The notes beneath the pieces are model-generated. The model had not been told where the DNA came from. It saw only the letters and a program-made list of their open reading frames with translations, and did no database searches. From positions 46,996,001 to 47,060,000 of the forward strand of contig OZ287752.1 in assembly GCA_965649765.1 (NCBI GenBank): 64,000 bases of DNA. Reading direction: 5' to 3'. The position numbers and the translations under genes are program-made. The DNA is from Bispira polyomma. Taxonomy: Eukaryota. Each line of letters begins with the position of its first letter. Within the stretch, counting starts at the first letter, position 1. Shown piece after piece: positions 58,845 through 64,000 of this stretch.

Positions 58845-61800
58845 GAAGCACTGACATTCGAAAGCACTGACAATAACAATGTAAAGCACTGACAATAACA
58901 ATGGAAAGCAATGACAATGTAAAGTACTGACAATAACAACGGAAAGCATTGACAATGTAAAGTACTGACAAAAACAATGGAAAGCACTGACAATAACTAT
59001 GGAAAGCACTGACAATAACAATGGAAAACACTGACAATGTAAAGTACTGACAATAACAATGAAAAGCACTGACAATGTAAAGTACTGACAATAACAATGG
59101 AAAGCACTGACAATGTAAAGTACTGACAAAAACAATGGAAAGCACTGACAATAACAATGGAAAGCACTGACAATAACAATGGAAAACACTGACAATGTAA
59201 AGCACTGACAATAACAATGGAAAGCACTGACAATGTAAAGTACTGACCATAACAATGGAAAGCACTGACAATAACAATGTAAAGCACTGACAATAACAAT
59301 GGAAAGCACTGACAATGTAAAGTACTGACAATAACAATGGAAAGCACTGACAATAACTATGGAAAGCACTGACAATGTAAAGTACTGACAATAACAATGG
59401 AAAGCACTGACAATAACAATGGAAAGCACTGACAATGTAAAGCACTGACAATAACAATGGAAAGCACTGACAAAGTAAAGTACTGACAATAACAATGGAA
59501 AGCACTGACAATAACTATGGAAAGCACTGACAATGTAAAGTACTGACAAAAACAATGGAAAGCACTGACAATGTAAAGCACTGACAATAACAATGGAAAA
59601 CACTGACAATGTAAAGTACTGACAATAACAATGGAAAGCACTGAAAATGTAAAGTACTGACAAAAACAATGGAAAGCACTGACAATGTAAAGTACTGACA
59701 ATAACAATGGAAAGCACTGATAATAACAATGGAAATCACTGACAATAACAATGGAAAGCACTGACAATGTAAAGTACTGACAATAACAATGGAAAGCACT
59801 GACAATAACAATGGAAAGCACTGACAATGTAAAGTACTGACAATAACAATGGAAAGCACTAACAATAACAATGGAAAGCACTGACAATAACAATGGAAAG
59901 CACTGACAATGTAAAGTACTGCTAATAACAATGGAAAGCACTGACAATGTAAAGTACTGACAAAAACAATGGAAAGCACTGGCAATAACAATAGAAAGCA
60001 CTGACAATAACAATGGAAAACACTGACAATAACAATGGAAGCCCTGACAATGTAAAGTACTGACAATAACAATGGAAAGCACTGACAATGTAAAGTACTG
60101 ACAATAACAATGGAAAGCACTGATAATAACAATGGAAATCACTGACAATAACAATGGAAAGCACTGACAATGTAAAGTACTGACAATAACAATGGAAAGC
60201 ACTGACAATAACAATGGAAAGCACTGACAATGTAAAGTACTGACAATAACAATGGAAAGCACTAACAATAACAATGGAAAGCACTGACAATAACAATGGA
60301 AAGCACTGACAATGTAAAGTACTGCTAATAACAATGGAAAGCACTGACAATGTAAAGTACTGACAAAAACAATGGAAAGCACTGACAATAACAATAGAAA
60401 GCACTGACAATAACAATGGAAAACACTGACAATAACAATGGAAGCCCTGACAATGTAAAGTACTGACAATAACAATGGAAAGCACTGACAATGTAAAGTA
60501 CTGACAAAAACAATGGAAAGCACTGACAATAACAATAGAAAGCACTGACAATAACAATGGAAAACACTGACAATAACAATGGAAGCCCTGACAATGTAAA
60601 GTACTGACAATAACAATGGAAAGCACTGACAATGTAAAGTACTGACAAAAACAATGGAAAGCACTGACAATAACTATGGAAAGCACTGACAATAATAATG
60701 GAAAGCACTGACAATGTAAAGTACTGACAATAACAATGGAAAACACTGACAATGTAAAGCACTGACAATAACAATGGAAAGAACTGACAATGTAAAGTAC
60801 TGACAATAACAATGGAAAGCACTGACAATAACAATGGAAAGCACTGACAATGTAAAGTACTGACAATAACAATGGAAAGCACTGATAATAACAATGGAAA
60901 TCACTAACAATAACAATGGAAAGCACTGACAATGTAAAGTACTGACAATAACAATGGAAAGCACTGACAATAACAATGGAAAGCACTGACAATGGAAAGT
61001 ACTGACAATAACAATGGAAAGCACTGACAATGTAAAGTACTGACAATAACAATGGAAAGCACTAACAATAACAATGGAAAGCACTGACAATGTAAAGTAC
61101 TGCTAATAACAATGGAAAGCACTGACAATGTAAAGTACTGACAAAAACAATGGAAAGCACTGACAATAACAATAAAAAGCACTGACAATAACAATGGAGA
61201 ACACTGACAATAACAATGGAAGCACTGACAATGTAAAGTACTGACAATAATAATGGAAAGCACTGACAATGTACTGACAATAACAATGGAAAGCACTAAC
61301 AATAACAATGGAAAGCACTGACAATGTAAAGTACTGCTAATAACAATGGAAAGCACTGACAATGTAAAGTACTGACAAAAACAATGGAAAGCACTGACAA
61401 TAACAATAAAAAGCACTGACAATAACAATGGAAAACACTGACAATAACAATGGAAGCACTGACAATGTAAAGTACTGACAATAACAATGGAAAACACTGA
61501 CAATGTAAAGCACTGACAATAACAATGGAAAACACTGACAATGGAAAGCACTGACAATAACAATGGAAAACACTGACAATGTAAAGTACTGACAATAACA
61601 ATGAAAAGCACTGACAATGTAAAGTACTGACAATAACAATGGAAAGCACTGACAATGTAAAGTACTGACAAAAACAATGGAAAGCACTGACAATAACAAT
61701 GGAAAGCACTGACAATAACAATGGAAAACACTGACAATGTAAAGCACTGACAATAACAATGGAAAGCACTGACAATGTAAAGTACTGACCATAACAATGG

Positions 61801-64000
61801 AAAGCACTGACAATAACAATGTAAAGCACTGACAATAACAGTGGAAAGCACTGACAATGTAAAGTACTGACAATAACAATGGAAAGCACTGACAATAACT
61901 ATGGAAAGCACTGACAATGTAAAGTACTGACAATAACAATGGAAAGCACTGACAATAACAATGGAAAGCACTGACAATGTAAAGCACTGACAATAACAAT
62001 GGAAAGCACTGACAAAGTAAAGTACTGACAATAACAATGGAAAGCACTGACAATGTAAAGTACTGACAATAACAATGGAAAGCACTGACAATGTAAAGTA
62101 CTGACAAAAACAATGGAAAGCACTGACAATAACAATGGAAAGCACTGACAATAACAATGGAAAACACTGACAATGTAAAGCACTGACAATAACAATGGAA
62201 AGCACTGACAATGTAAAGTACTGACCATAACAATGGAAAGCACTGACAATAACAATGTAAAGCACTGACAATAACAGTGGAAAGCACTGACAATGTAAAG
62301 TACTGACAATAACAATGGAAAGCACTGACAATAACTAAGGAAAGCACTGACAATGTAAAGTACTGACAATAACAATGGAAAGCACTGACAATAACAATGG
62401 AAAGCACTGACAATGTAAAGCACTGACAATAACAATGGAAAGCACTGACAAAGTAAAGTACTGACAATAACAATGGAAAGCACTGACAATAACTATGGAA
62501 AGCACTGACAATGTAAAGTACTGACAAAAACAATGGAAAGCACTGACAATAACAATGGAAAACACTGACAATAACAATGGAAAACACTGACAATGTAAAG
62601 TACTGACAATAACAATGAAAAGCACTGACAATGTAAAGTACTGACAATAACAATGGAAAGCACTGACAATGTAAAGTACTGACAAAAACAATGGAAAGCA
62701 CTGACAATAACAATGGAAAGCACTGACAATAACAATGGAAAACACTGACAATGTAAAGCACTGACAATAACAATGGAAAGCACTGACAATGTAAAGTACT
62801 GACCATAACAATGGAAAGCACTGACAATAACAATGTAAAGCACTGACAATAACAATGGAAAGCACTGACAATGTAAAGTACTGACAATAACAATGGAAAG
62901 CACTGACAATAACTATGGAAAGCACTGACAATGTAAAGTACTGACAATAACAATGGAAAGCACTGACAATAACAATGGAAAGCACTGACAATGTAAAGCA
63001 CTGACAATAACAATGGAAAGCACTGACAAAGTAAAGTACTGACAATAACAATGGAAAGCACTGACAATAACAATGGAAAGCACTGACAATGTAAAGTACT
63101 GACAATAACAATGGAAAGCACTAACAATAACAATGGAAAGCACTGACAATAACAATGGAAAGCACTGACAATGTAAAGTACTGCTAATAACAATGGAAAG
63201 CACTGACAATGTAAAGTACTGACAAAAACAATGGAAAGCACTGACAATAACAATAGAAAGCACTGACAATAACAATGGAAAACACTGACAATAACAATGG
63301 AAGCCCTGACAATGTAAAGTACTGACAATAACAATGGAAAGCACTGACAATGTAAAGTACTGACAAAAACAATGGAAAGCACTGACAATAACAATAGAAA
63401 GCACTGACAATAACAATGGAAAACACTGACAATAACAATGGAAGCCCTGACAATGTAAAGTACTGACAATAACAATGGAAAGCACTGACAATGTAAAGTA
63501 CTGACAAAAACAATGGAAAGCACTGACAATAACTATGGAAAGCACTGACAATAATAATGGAAAGCACTGACAATGTAAAGTACTGACAATAACAATGGAA
63601 AACACTGACAATGTAAAGCACTGACAATAACAATGGAAAGAACTGACAATGTAAAGTACTGACAATAACAATGGAAAGCACTGACAATAACAATGGAAAG
63701 CACTGACAATGTAAAGTACTGACAATAACAATGGAAAGCACTGATAATAACAATGGAAATCACTAACAATAACAATGGAAAGCACTGACAATGTAAAGTA
63801 CTGACAATAACAATGGAAAGCACTGACAATAACAATGGAAAGCACTGACAATGGAAAGTACTGACAATAACAATGGAAAGCACTGACAATGTAAAGTACT
63901 GACAATAACAATGGAAAGCACTAACAATAACAATGGAAAGCACTGACAATGTAAAGTACTGCTAATAACAATGGAAAGCACTGACAATGTAAAGTACTGA
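58845..64000. repeat. Modular satellite of 16- and 22-bp units (CTGACAAT[AACAAT]GGAAAGCA / GTAAAGTA), truncated by the window end
   Basis: Direct reading. A long internal duplication at offset 2859 bp is shown by ORF pairs with matching starts (60670/63529, 60894/63753, 61052/63911, 61090/63949). Confidence 0.97.

Noticed and set aside
58819-63987. Many long Cys-rich minus-strand ORFs (up to 730 aa)
   Set aside because: They are open in all three frames only because the satellite monomers lack stop triplets. Starts are mostly non-ATG and there is no domain signal.

Overview
AT-rich metazoan genomic DNA, most likely an invertebrate such as a mollusc (inferred from gene and repeat content). 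It is not prokaryotic. Three host genes are supported. (1) An intronless Tctex1-domain dynein light chain (8211-8795, -). (2) A divergently transcribed 8-exon ZU5-like/death-domain gene (DTHD1-like, 13008-24091, +). I reconstructed it by hand; all splice phases match and the CDS is 2157 nt (718 aa). (3) An intronless type-1 tyramine/octopamine-tyramine GPCR (53485-54870, +). The rest is transposons and tandem repeats. These include a nearly complete but inactivated Ngaro/DIRS-type tyrosine-recombinase retrotransposon (about 26420-32155, -) and several older remnants of that family. There are also six PIF/Harbinger remnants or MITEs, LINE and SINE fragments, at least seven minisatellites, and a >5 kb modular satellite that runs off the right end. 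Most notable observations: every Harbinger piece lies next to Ngaro-related sequence; the Ngaro element has both an internal direct repeat and outer inverted repeats, a conserved 5' hairpin, clusters of a palindromic AAGGT(C/G)ACCTT motif and a likely splice acceptor feeding the recombinase ORF; and one minisatellite has amplified an exon 5' splice site about 19 times. All alignments were made by eye; no searches were run.
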